A DNA stretch of 64,000 nt, taken from contig NC_068993.1 in assembly GCF_001194135.2 (NCBI RefSeq), positions 41,759,478 through 41,823,477 on the forward strand, given 5' to 3'. Shown in pieces: positions 12,533 through 24,700 of this stretch. The translations under genes and the position numbers were made by a program. Position 1 is the stretch's first letter. Each line of letters begins with the position of its first letter. This DNA comes from Octopus bimaculoides (Eukaryota). Below the pieces are notes generated by a model. It was given only the letters and a program-made list of their open reading frames with translations. It did no database searches and was not told the DNA's origin.

Positions 12533-14224
12533 ATAATAGTGTGGGATATTGGTGTACAAGTTCACCACATGGAGTGATACTAACAGGGTTCCTTCATTTA
12601 TTGTTTTCGGGAAGTCTAAATCATTCCCGATTAAGCTTTTCACATATTTAAAAAAATAATCGTATAGAAGCAATCCCCTTCTGGCTAGAAAAATACCCAG
12701 AAGAGATCCCAGAATGCATCAAGCACAACTTCATAATTGCGGCACTGAAATTTATTCTACAGAACAACTATTTCATGTTCGATATAGTTTACTATCGACA
12801 AAATGTGGAATTGCAATGGGAACTTGAGCTGCCCCAGTGATTGCGAACCTTGTAATGGGTTATCTAGAACTTAAAATATGCCAATCGCTCACTACAAAAA
12901 TATGATTCTTCATTTCATTGCTATCTAAAAGAGAATTGGATGACGTACTTAAATGATTGCTTTATACTTTGGAACGATAGCATGAACAAACTCCTTGATT
13001 TCAAAGTAATGCTCAACAATATCAATAATAATAAACAATTCACCATGGAACACAGCAATAAAGAACTTCCTTTTCTTGAAATCTTAATTAAAATAGTCAA
13101 TAACCACACCGAAACGGACATCTATAAATCCACAGATTCAAAAAAATACCTATTATTCAACTCATGCCACCCCAAACACATAAAAATTGATATACCTTAT
13201 AATCTAGCGAAAAGAATCTGTACCATAGTTTCGGATATAAATACTCGTGAACGTAGATTCCTGGAACTTAAATCAACACTAATCAGGAGACATTTTCCAA
13301 CATCATTAATAAATGATGAGATTAAACGAGCAAAGGAAATAGACATACAAACATTAAGGGAAGTTAACCGAAATACTACACCAGATTCAAAAATATTCCC
13401 AATACATCTCCACTCATAACCCTAGAAACATTGAGGCCTTCAACATCATCATCCAAAATCTACTCATGCTCACTGGAGATAAAACAATGAACAAGATCTT
13501 AGGCTCACACAGAATTATCAAGGGCAAAATGCAGCCGAAATCATTGAAAAAAATATTAACCAGCGCAAGATTATATCCATTAACAGAACCAAAAGCGAAA
13601 AAATGTGGGCGGCCTAACTGTGGCACATGCCCCTCTCTTTTGGAGGGTACAAAGTTTCGCTTCAAACAAGGTAAATTATTTAAGATAAAATCAATTTTTA
13701 CCTGTGCCTCTGTAAGCTTAATCTATGCTATTCCATGCTTAGGGTGCGGAAATCACTATATAGGCCAAACAGGAATGTCACTCCGACGAAGAACAACTCA
13801 TCAGAAAGAACTAATCCACTGCCCACGATATAGACAGATACAGGTCAGTGAACATATAGAAAGATGTGCTAGGGACCTTAAACCAAACTTCGTAATTTTC
13901 CCTTTTTATCAATGTTCACAGAACACCTCAGTACAGCAAAGATTAAATAAAGAGGCAACTTTCATTAATAAATATCATCCACAACTCAACATGAACACAC
14001 AACTTAATACAGATATACTTCCGATCTTCAAAAATAAAGAAAAAAAAACAGGTAGTTATATAACAGACACGTTACTTCCTCTATCTCAGGAAGAGACTGA
14101 AAAAAATTGCCTCTTCTTAAAGGAAGTCAAATCTTTCAAACTTAGTGATGACATCATGAAAAACCTACCCAGTACCGCTCAAAAAGTACATACCAAATTC
14201 ATTTATCGACATGAGCGAAATTAG
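12533..14224 (+). mobile_element. Penelope-like element (PLE) pseudogene: RT + GIY-YIG endonuclease, 5-prime truncated and inverted
   Basis: RT motif B GIAMGT*AAPVIANLVMGYLE (about 12804-12870); motif C WMTYLNDCFILW (YxDD decayed); TDIYKSTDSKKYLLFNSCHP; then KCGRPNCGTC, LIYAIPCLGCGNHYIGQTG and HPQLN. Frameshifts near 12800 and 13420. Motif A lies on the minus strand at about 12533-12660. Confidence 0.92.
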
Positions 14225-14310
14225 AGAATAATCAAAAGTTGTTGATTGCTAGTCAATCAAGCTTTGATTAAGCTAACTAAACACAGGTTTTAAAAAGGGA
14301 ACGAATGACA

Positions 14311-14432
14311 GATAGATAGATAGAGAGAGAGAGAGAGAAGGAGGAGGAGGAGGAAGAGAGAAAGAATGAGGAAGAGAGAGAGAGAAGGAGGAGGAGGAGG
14401 AAGAGAGAAAGAAGGAGGAAGAGAGAGAGAGA
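14311..14432. repeat. Compound (GATA)/(GA)/(GGA) purine microsatellite
   Basis: Seen directly. Confidence 0.95.
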
Positions 14433-15699
14433 GTCAAGAACAGTTAAAGACAGAGAACGAAAATTTACTGACAAATAAGGACAGAGGGCAGTTTTGTTTC
14501 ATACAATCAGTTGCTCTGGACGGCTAGAAGCGCCAAATATTAATAGTCTGCTACATGAAGTGACATCACTCCTACTACCGAAAAAAGCTACAATCTAACC
14601 ACCGACATTCGTATTCAATCACTCATCCCTCTCGCTCTCCCAGTCTATCTTTCTCTCTCTCTCTCCCTCTCATTATCACTCTCGCTCTCTCTCTCCTATC
14701 TCTCTTTCTTCGTCATTTTCACACAACCACACATAACTAATAGAAAATAACTAATACAAGTACAACATTCTCTATAACTCTGTGACCCATGATCTCTCGT
14801 GCTCACATAATTACAGAAACAGGCCATAACATTAATCCTATTGTTTAACTTGTAAACCGTTAAAAGAACGGAATGTTTTTCAAAGAATGTTTTACATGAA
14901 ATATGACTTCAAATATATCAGGAGTGTGGGGTAGCAATTGCGTAACAACCTAAAGTTTTATAGAATTTAAATAAAATAAAAAGGAAGACCTTATAAGAAA
15001 CAACGCGATTGTTTTCGGATATTATTTACAAAAAAGTAAAGGCGTTACTTCGCTTCCTTTCACAAAGATTTCCTAAACTATTTTACACCAAGATTTATTA
15101 AATGTGTGTCTACTTATTGTATGTCGTTTAACCAAAGTGATAAGCGATAAACTCAGCAATGATGAATAGAGCAGTTGTGCGTAAGTAAAAGGACACAGCT
15201 TTATCAGTTTAAAACCACGCCTTAGCGGTCGCATTTGCACAGATGGCACATATTCTTTATTACATCTCACAGAAAGCCCACAGCAGGCCACGGATTGGTA
15301 GAGTCATTAGAGCATCAGTCGAGATGTCTTGCAATCATTTAAATTCTTTTATTTTTTCCTACCTTTCAAGTTCAAATCTCATCCAGCTCAAATTTGCCTT
15401 CGAACATTCCTGAGTCGATAACTTTAATTATTACATCGGTTATCGAATTCTGATTGATGAAGACTTCAACCAGGGGTGCTCGGCCATTTTTTATCTATAG
15501 ACCCTTTGATTACTATTTTATTCGGATGGACCACCATAGCCATTCCAAGTTTAGTTTTATAAAAGCTTCTTCCGAAAGTCCTATTTTCTTTTTCACACAT
15601 TAACTTGTGTAGGTTGAACTATGTAAAATGCTAGAGAAAGAAACCTAGCTATTTCTTGAATGCATACCAATACATACATCTAAAGTAAATATTTTTCAG

Positions 15700-15803
15700 A
15701 GGCCTATTGTGGACCCTCAATTTACCATTTTGCTGTATGGACTCCCAAAAGTCTTATATGGACCTTCGGGGGCCATAAGGACCCCAGTTAAGAACCATTG
15801 GTT
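15700..15803. mobile_element. Possible hAT-type MITE end fragment
   Basis: Ends ggaccccagttaagaaccattg, whose reverse complement resembles CAGTGGTTCTCAAC-type hAT TIRs; no matching second TIR found. Confidence 0.35.
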
Positions 15804-16149
15804 CAAACAGACCACCATCCGGGATAGTGGTTTGTTAAATTTTCATAGCATCGGAAGATATACCTTGTGGCATTTATACCATATCTTTGCATTCTCAGTT
15901 CAAATCCCGACTTGAACTCCACGGGTTGGCGTGGAGTTAGAATAAATCTATCACAGTGCTTAACACCACTGTTTGGTTAATGGATATCAATCTTCCTTTT
16001 TTTTCACCAGTTTCTACCGGTACTGAAAAGTTTCATGAACATTACCCCTCATTCTTATACAGTAATAAGAAAACAATAAAAAATCTGAATATTATTCACG
16101 AAAATTACGGGCCGTTGAGAGTAATATAGATTTCATTTTTTTTTTCTTT

Positions 16150-16340
16150 TTGCACAAAGCAAGCAAATTCGGGCAGCGTGTAAGTCTATTACATCGATCT
16201 CGGGGCTCAACTGGTACTTATTTTATCGTTTCCCTAAGGATGAAAGACAAAGTGGATCATAGCGCGTGTTAAACTCAGAAGGTAAAGGTGGACGAAATGC
16301 CGCTAAACATTTTGCCCAGCGTACTAACGATTCTAGCAGC
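16150..16340 (-). mobile_element. SINE family B
   Basis: ctggtacttattttatcg ... ggatgaaagacaaagt ... gacgaaatgccgctaaacattt. Confidence 0.85.
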
Positions 16341-16664
16341 TTAAAGCTTTTGTAAAGAGTAATAGAGGTAGCAAAATACAGGCACGTCCATCAGTTACAG
16401 ATGGTAGATCTTATATACCATCATAATTAACGTCATTACTTGGTTGTTAGTGGTTTTAGTGAAAACTGCTCTCTACTGCGAACATTTCGACCAGGCCTCC
16501 AATTTTGGGATATCGATATTTTGGGATTCGCTTTAACCAATACAGCATATCAGGAGTATATACTACCTTTTCCGTCTCGCCTTCTATTATCTGAATCGTC
16601 AGCACTGACTTTCCTATATTTACAGGCACACACACCCACACACAAACACACACACACACACACG

Positions 16665-16714
<50 letters not shown>

Positions 16715-16719
16715 TAGTT

Positions 16720-16845
16720 CACGTTTATAGAAAAGAAAAGACGGAGACAGGTGTAGGAACAACAAGCAAGTGTATTAGTTTCACGGTCGGGAAAAATAGA
16801 TGTCTTTTACGTTTTGAGCCTATGCTCTTCGACAGAAAGAATTAA
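16720..16845 (-). ncRNA. PLE-terminal-repeat-like fragment carrying a degenerate minimal type-I hammerhead ribozyme (16803-16840)
   Basis: Minus strand: TCTTT-CTGTCGA-A-GAGC-ATAG-GCTC-AAAA-CGT-A-AAAGA. Stem I, stem II and palindromic ACGT stem III are present; two core substitutions. Confidence 0.55.
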
Positions 16846-17098
16846 GAGGAAAATATGAAAGAATGAAAAAAATGAAGAGAGACGCACATATATAGACGTA
16901 TATACATATGTAGATGCGTGTGTTGGAGTGGGTGGCCATGCATGTATGCATGTCTGTATGTGTAGTTTTTTTTTCCGTGCACTTTACCGTGATTTTCTGG
17001 ACAGATTATCAGGGAGATTTCCCTGGATCTGAGGTCATTCGATGTTTCGGGTCTTTCAACAGGTTCAGCCAGATGATACAGTGAAGCTGAGATAGCAT

Positions 17099-17190
17099 CT
17101 ATTTAACACAAAGCCAAGAAGCTTAGACTGCTTCCATTTAACACGAGCCCAGGAAGCTTAGACTGCATCCATTTAACACAAGCCCAGTAA
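17099..17190. repeat. 35-bp tandem minisatellite, about 2.6 copies
   Basis: ccatttaacacgagcccaggaagcttagactgca(t)-like units start at 17099, 17134 and 17169. Confidence 0.9.
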
Positions 17191-18563
17191 GTGCTACTCA
17201 TTCCAGAGCTTATATCTCCCGATCCACAACTGTCTTGGTGTAAGACAGCATCTACAATCGCTATGGCATTGCTTAATACGAATTCAACTACAGGCCCCTA
17301 TGATACTCGTCATGTTGTAAGGCTTTGCAGAGGGACTGGCCTTCTAGTCTTCTGCATCCTTTCCTTAATGGAATGACTTGTTGTTTGTGAGTCATTGTTA
17401 CTGCTTAACTCCCTACGATCAGCATGTTTCATTCTCTTCTCATTTGCTACCTTATCGCGCTCCTCTCAGGGGATGGAAAGTTGTAACAAAATCAACTCTT
17501 TACATGCTTCCGAGATTAGCATCATATCTTGCAATAACGACTTACGTAAGCACTCGCAGAAATTAATGCCATACATACACACACACACATACATAGATAC
17601 ATGCAAGTATATGCAAAAGACATACATAAAACAAAGCATAAAAATCTGCACGCATACATACATACATACAAAAATGCCCTGTTGTTGATGTTGAAATTCC
17701 AATGAAGCAGCCTTGAATCTAGGTTAGGAACCGGCTCTTTCTCTATTGGCAAGAAATCTTGAAATAAAATTTAATAATGACATGCATACATACATACATA
17801 CATATATACATACATACATACATACATACATACATACATACTTACATACATACATACATACATAGATACATACATACATACATACATACATACGTACATA
17901 CATATATGGGTACATTGTACATATATATGTATGCACAGTATGTACACAGAGACAGACGCATATATATATAGATATGTGTGTATAAAAAGGATTGAATTAG
18001 TAGTCAAGTTCATTGTACGTAACATTGCAATGTCTTATGGCTGTCTGGTGTACTTTTCTGTCAAGTGTACATACGACTGTCGTACCAGCGGTAGTATTCG
18101 ACTACACTAACACTTTTATTTACAGATTTGATTATCGCATTATTCATAGTGTTTGTTGCTTTTGAAATGGAGCTGTGTAGCCCCTGTCATCTTTACGGAG
18201 TATTCTGTCTGACCTCCTTATGGGACGAACTGTATTCGATGAATTGATTAATGAATTTTATTGATCAGCGTTCGAGTCATGCGTATTTTCTATACAAGCC
18301 GTGTTTACGCTAGAGACTAACCATTGCGTTTTACCAAGATCACTTAACTCGTCCTATTATAATATATGCCGTTGTGTGTGTATGTGCACATAGTATTATA
18401 GATGTATTTGTGTCTGTCTATTCATTGGAATTATTTATTGGATATTTAGATGTCTTACATAAGCACTTGGAGAAATTAATGCCATAAATAAATTTAAAAA
18501 ACATCGAATTCGATAATAATAATAATAATGATAATAATAAATGTAAAATGACATTCTTATCAG

Positions 18564-18938
18564 ATAAATCTGATGAATCATTGGATATTTGTGGAAAACA
18601 GTGGTAAATTGAAAAGCGATTTTAACAGATTTATGAACAAAATGTCTAAACAACAATATATCAACACCGACGAATATCGAACTGTACGTCAAATACTGGC
18701 AAACATTATGGGAAATAAGAAAAAAAGTTTGGCTTTCGGTTTCATTTGCGGGTTATGGTCAGTTCAGTTGACAGACATTCCAAATGTCACGACGGAGGAC
18801 ATGAAAAACGCCGTCATTATCTCCCTTTCAGTCGGTTTAATGACAATGAAAGATAGCCCTAACCGAGAGAAAATGTGCTATTTACTCTGTTTATCTTCCT
18901 TCAGTGATATAAATATTGATTGCTACCAAACGTTTTAA
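18564..18938 (+). CDS. Candidate terminal coding exon (124 aa), function unknown
   Basis: ttcttatCAG acceptor in phase with a non-repetitive, stop-free 124-codon frame in very AT-rich DNA; TAA stop; AATAAA about 100 nt downstream. No upstream exon established. Confidence 0.4.
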   Translation: MNLMNHWIFVENSGKLKSDFNRFMNKMSKQQYINTDEYRTVRQILANIMGNKKKSLAFGFICGLWSVQLTDIPNVTTEDMKNAVIISLSVGLMTMKDSPNREKMCYLLCLSSFSDINIDCYQTF

Positions 18939-20384
18939 TATTTACTAGTAATCACATTTACTGTAACTATTAAATTTCCATGGAGGAATTAAATGACATG
19001 TTCTCGTTAAGATAGCAGTGAAAGCATTACAAGAATAAATACATAAAATGCATAAATACTGACAGTAATCGTTGTAAAACACACCGTCGCCTACACCTTC
19101 GACAGCCTTTCTTCAATACACACATCCCCAAACTCCTCACAGCCCAATCTTCCCTTCTCTGTTCCTCAAGTAATGTTCATTATTTATTTCCGTCCAGTTT
19201 TCAAAAGATGAATCTTGTTTATAAATGCATTTATAAAGTCAATAATAACATTATTCTATAGAATAAATTTCTTTAAACTGCTTATATTGTCCTCTCCTTT
19301 TAGCTACACTTTCTGAAATCTTCGTTGAAAAATCACTTCTTAATGGAATAAAAGAAATATGAAATCTTTAAAAACAAAGCATTCTTTTAAATGTAATTGC
19401 TAAACAAAAATCTCTCGTAGAAATGTTGATTGTTGCGCTTTCAGCTTTCTATCTTCCTCCCTTTCTTTTTTCTTTCGGTAGTATTTGTTTTTAGCCTTTT
19501 CCCATTTACAGTCACTGCATGCACATTATATTTTTATGAAATACCTACCGTCATGGCTAAGCTGAATGCTTTCTGAAGATAAATAAAATACGTTATTAGT
19601 TTTAACTATCCTTGCAGTAAATCGATTCTTTTGTCGTAGTCCTCACATATAGACAGTCTTCAAATAGACATATGCTTTATATTCATGTATTCATGTTTGT
19701 CCATTTAGTTAAACTTATCAAATAAAAGATGAATTAATGCATTTCAAACGTGTATGAATTATTTATAGTTCAAATCAACATAGCCTGACATCCGGATCAA
19801 ATACGATCGGTGTTTGATGTAAAATTTAGCTACTCTGTGGATATTCGGTTGACATTTACAGAAATCAATAGCCAAGAGCCAATACATTGAGTTTTAGAAT
19901 AAAGAACACCAAATTTAAATTTAAATAGTCGGTGCTAAATAATTGTAGCATGAGAAAACGTGCAGTGGAAAACGCTCGACCATCGATAATCTGTAACATT
20001 ATCAGATTTGAAATCTAGTATTAATAACAAACATTCGAGAAAACATGACGTAGGAACAATACTTTGCCTTTCGGTTAATTCTCATGCTAATTCAATCTCA
20101 CCTTTTTGATGAATGTTGATGTCAAAAAATATTATGTGTAAACAACGACATTATAAATATTGTTTATAATTTTGTAACGATTAGAATGTCTTTCAGAACA
20201 TTATCCACCACCGCACATATAATAATAATTATGCATATTATTCTTTGGATAATCACAGATAACAACACCAATTTTCTGTATAGGGAAATACATGTTAACA
20301 TGATTTTAACTGACTAAAAGGAAGACGAAAGCAGACAACTGTGGATGATTTCTCTTTAGAATTAATAGCATACGATTTAATAAG

Positions 20385-20775
20385 CACAGACATGGCTTTG
20401 TGGTTAGGAAGCTCGCTTTGCAGCCAAGTCAATACGGGTTCATTTGCAATGCACAGCACATTGGGCAAGTGTTTTCTACTATATCCCCAAGTGGGACAAT
20501 GTTTTGTAGCTTTGTGAGTGAATATGGGAGACAGAAACTGTGTGGAAGACCATCGTATACACATAAATATACGTGAGTTTTAGTGTCTGTGTTTGATCCA
20601 CTGCCTCCGCTTGACGACTAGTGCTGGTGTTTTTACGTCCCTGTAACTTAGCAGTTCGGCAGAACGCACCGGTAGTATTCTTACCAAATATTTAAAACAA
20701 ACTTGATTTAAAATCTTTCAAGTCGGCGCCCCATCGTGGCTGCAACCCAATGATTGAAACAAGTAAAAGATTGAA
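20385..20775 (+). mobile_element. SINE family A, near full length, degenerate
   Basis: Head catggctttgtggttaggaagctcgc, core ttgggcaagtgttttctactata, tail cgtccctgtaacttagcagttcggc ... gaaacaagtaaaaga. Confidence 0.88.
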
Positions 20776-21799
20776 AATAAAATCGCAGAGGATTTCTCTT
20801 GAGAATTAATAGTTTAAAACTTAACAAAAACAGGAGGGAAGAAAGAAGGCGAGACAGAACAGTGTTAGATGAAGAGATAGACAAAGAACTAGAAGTCGAA
20901 TAAACGGAGAGCCGGTGAAGTCATAAAATTGCTGATTTAAGACCTTGGTTTCGAAATGGCGTTTTTCCAGTCATTTGGCCCTTTAAATTTGTATTCTAAG
21001 AAATCATTCTTTTTCAGAGAAACTTTAGCCGCAAGCTGTTTGCGGTGGAAAAGTAATTGACAATAAAATTTAAATAGAAAAACATACATTTTCATTCAGT
21101 CGAATTGTGAGAATTTAGATTGTAAGTTTGTAACAGCAATAATGCTGTCAGGTTAACTTAGTAAAAAGTTTTAGAAATTGAAGAGCTGGATTAACTATAT
21201 GCAAGTAGCAGTTATTGATTAAAATCAATGTACTGACTGGTTGGCAGGTTGACAACAAAACTATCAAACTGACTGACTGGTGTTTGCCTCCTGGATAATT
21301 CAGATAACTTATAGAATAGTATGGATTAGCGAGGATTGCTTTTTTTTGTTTGTCTTCTTTTTTAGTATTTGTATTTCAGATTAAGATGCATGGTTACTAA
21401 CGGTTTTGGTAAACTTCAACTTTATTAACTGTACTATTACCGCACCCAAATAGTCGTTGTAGCTCCGTCTTTTCACTGCAAGATCTCGTTCAACCAAATA
21501 GTCAAGGTACGGTTGGCGAGAGGGAAAAATAAAAGGCTATGAAATATTTGAGAGGCCATGATTGTGTGAGAATAAATTGTTTTGTATTGTTTGTTTCTGC
21601 TAAAGTTATATAGCTGAAAATGCACTTCATATTATTAAAGTTGTTGTCGTGGGAAGGCAAAATTGTAAATTGGTAAGGCAAGAACTGAGTATTGAAATGA
21701 ACGTATTTCACTGTAGGTTGAGAATGATTTATGAGCTAGTGGCTTCACCTGGAGTGTGCGCCAAAGTTATCTGTAATATATACATGACGGCCTGACTGT

Positions 21800-24700
21800 G
21801 TTTTGCAAGATGCAGATTCAAGAATATTGCTGCATGTGGGTGGATGATTCACCATTCGATTGTTGGCAATGTTTTGAAAAATGATTGCGGCTTGAGAGTT
21901 GTTGGCTTATATTTATCAATACTTACGACATTATTGTTGCCATTTTGTTTTGGAAACATCTTGTCGAGACAAGGCTATATAGTTTTCTCTGTGTAGCTCC
22001 TGTAGAATTTGTGCAGTCAGTTGCAACACACGAACACACCTCTGAATATTATTTTAGGATCGCGTTTGGACCATTAGATGATTCTGTAGAAAGCAATGTC
22101 AAAAGTCTAAGGCTGATATACAAAGGAGATATACGTAGCTTGTTCAGGAAGTGAAGCGTTGCTCTGTTAACGAGTTTAGCTAACAACAAAATATGTAAGT
22201 TTTAACATTGAAACGTTAAGTATGGGTACAGTTTTGGGGGATTCATAGTGACATAGAAGAATTTTAAATTTCTTTCGGAAAATCTACAAACGTGTCTATT
22301 TCTTGCAAATAGATTGCTGTCAGGATATTTTGTGTGGAAAAATGAGAAGCTAAGTTAATGACTAAATTCGTTATGTTGTCCTCGATCTACTTTTGTGATT
22401 AGAGTCATAGGCAAATATATGTTGCGGCTAGGTCTAGGGAAATGTGATGACAACAATTTCCGTGATGATGTCAGACAAATGAATTTATTCCGGTCATAGT
22501 GTACAACGATCCACGCAAATCAACAGATACGAAAACCTTCGTGACTGAGACAAAAGGCCTTATAGATCGAGGTGGGCATAAGTGAATAGTCATAGGTATT
22601 TAAGGTACTTAACAGGACTTTTGTCTATGCCACAAAACTTTTGACTGCTAGTACACTGAATAGTTTGGCGCTCACATTTGTACATCTGTAGTTCATGCTT
22701 GAAAACAAAAAGCGGTCAGAAACAAATTTTAACTTCTGCAAACACCAGTATAAAATGAGATGTGTCGATAAATTATTTCAGAAACTTAGCGGCCGATGAA
22801 GACTGATGACTCTATCGCATAAAATATTGACTTCTGTATTACATTCCAGGAATGCTTGAATACCCAAAGCTATTTATTGTGCTAGGTAATAAATAGCCAA
22901 TCACAAACGTTATTCTCTTGCTCTACTGCTATCTCTGTCAACTATTATTACTTAGACGGCGACGAGAATGCTGGGCTTTTCGTGAAATAAAGCGTTTCGG
23001 ATATCGGCATTGAACTGAGAGATGAATTTCAGGTGACGATTTTAGATGAAGAATACATGTAATAGCTAGAAGATAGCATGTAAGCAAAGATTTGTGATTC
23101 TATATATTACAAAATATTTTCCTTTTCGGCATGTAACAAAAATATCATAATGCAGTGTATGTTACTGAGAATTGTTTAGTGAAAGGTTTTTATCATATCT
23201 CAGGGAGATACCTTCTTGTCAGGAAAAGGGAAATCGCTGCAAAAGGGAGTTAATTGCTTGGTGAGTGTGACACACATGGCTATAATTATTGCGTCATTAC
23301 AAAAGGATGATTGACTGCAAGATCGATATGATTGGCGATGTGATTGTGGTATCCAATGTCAGTGGTATCATCATCAGTCAAAAGCTGTGACAGGTAGAAA
23401 TAGTGAATCAAATTCTAATTCTCTGAGTAATTGTACTTCTGTTGAGAGAGATATTACAACAGGGAAAGTAATATTTGCAAATGATTTTCGTATTTGGAGA
23501 AGCGAGTATTTGTTTCAGGTCAATAACATTACAGGGAAGAGTTAGTATTCTTTGGCAGTCTGTCTGATGTATGTATGTATGTATGCATGCATGTATGTAT
23601 GTATGTATGTACGTACGTATGCATGTATGTATGTATGTATGTATGTACGTAAGTAAAAGAAAAGTGATCCTAAAGATGTATTTGTCAGGTTGATATATAA
23701 GCATTCATTTCGAAATCTGTTAGATGTTGGTTCTTATTGTTAACTTTCAAAGGATCGGCAAATAAAAATGGCAGATCAAAAAGCAGTTTGATCACTAAAG
23801 TATCTAAAAGGCGATGAATCATTTCTTGATCAGAATTCGCCTTCTCAAAAATATGAACGATTCAGAAAGTGTTGATGTGGACGTTTTTACCTTTTAGTAA
23901 CTGCAACAAAAAAAGAGTATTTGGAAGATATATTTAACAAGATTTAGTTCAGTGAGGTCTATGTACGTGAGCATTGACCAATATAACTATGAATCACCAA
24001 ATTTCTGTATTATTTTTACAGACGATGTGTAACATTAACGATGCATATGGTCTGTGATAGCTGTACTGCTTAAAAATTCATTTGTTTCTAGCTTTAAGTA
24101 AAGCTGCGAATTAACAGTGTCGTTAGAGTGTTTTGTAGAATGCTTTGCGGTATTTGTAATGCGCGCAATATTGAATAGAAATAACCTGAGTTCTAATCAT
24201 GCCAAGATCAACTGAGTTTTTTTAATTTTCTCGGGACCGATGACTGAGTACCAATCCAAGACGGTGGATTATCAGAACTGTAAGAATGTTGAGCAAGATA
24301 CTTTGCAGTATGCGTTCCCGTAACAGTGATACGACGACACTGATGGCAATCTGTATCGGCCCAAAAGATATATCAAATAAACAGATATACCATGCCTAGT
24401 CCTGTACATACATCTGCAGATAGAAGCTGAACGTTGACTGACGGATATCCTTACATGATAAGTGAAAGACTGATAATTTGGTTATTGCGTTGTTTAATGT
24501 ACAGGGTTTGTAACAGAGTTGTATTATTTTAGTGACAGTCGTTCAGTAAAGAGATTGATTTTTTGCGAGGGTGCTTGAGAGAAATTCTGGAGATAAAGCT
24601 ATTAATTCGCGAAGGCAACTAACTAGATGGAAAAAACGGAATAACTATATATGCAGAATCCTATTTGAACAATAAAAGATAACAAGTTACTAATGAGTAC

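Noticed and set aside
17099-17190. CRISPR-like appearance of 35-bp repeats
   Set aside because: Units are directly adjacent with no unique spacers; eukaryotic context; no cas genes.
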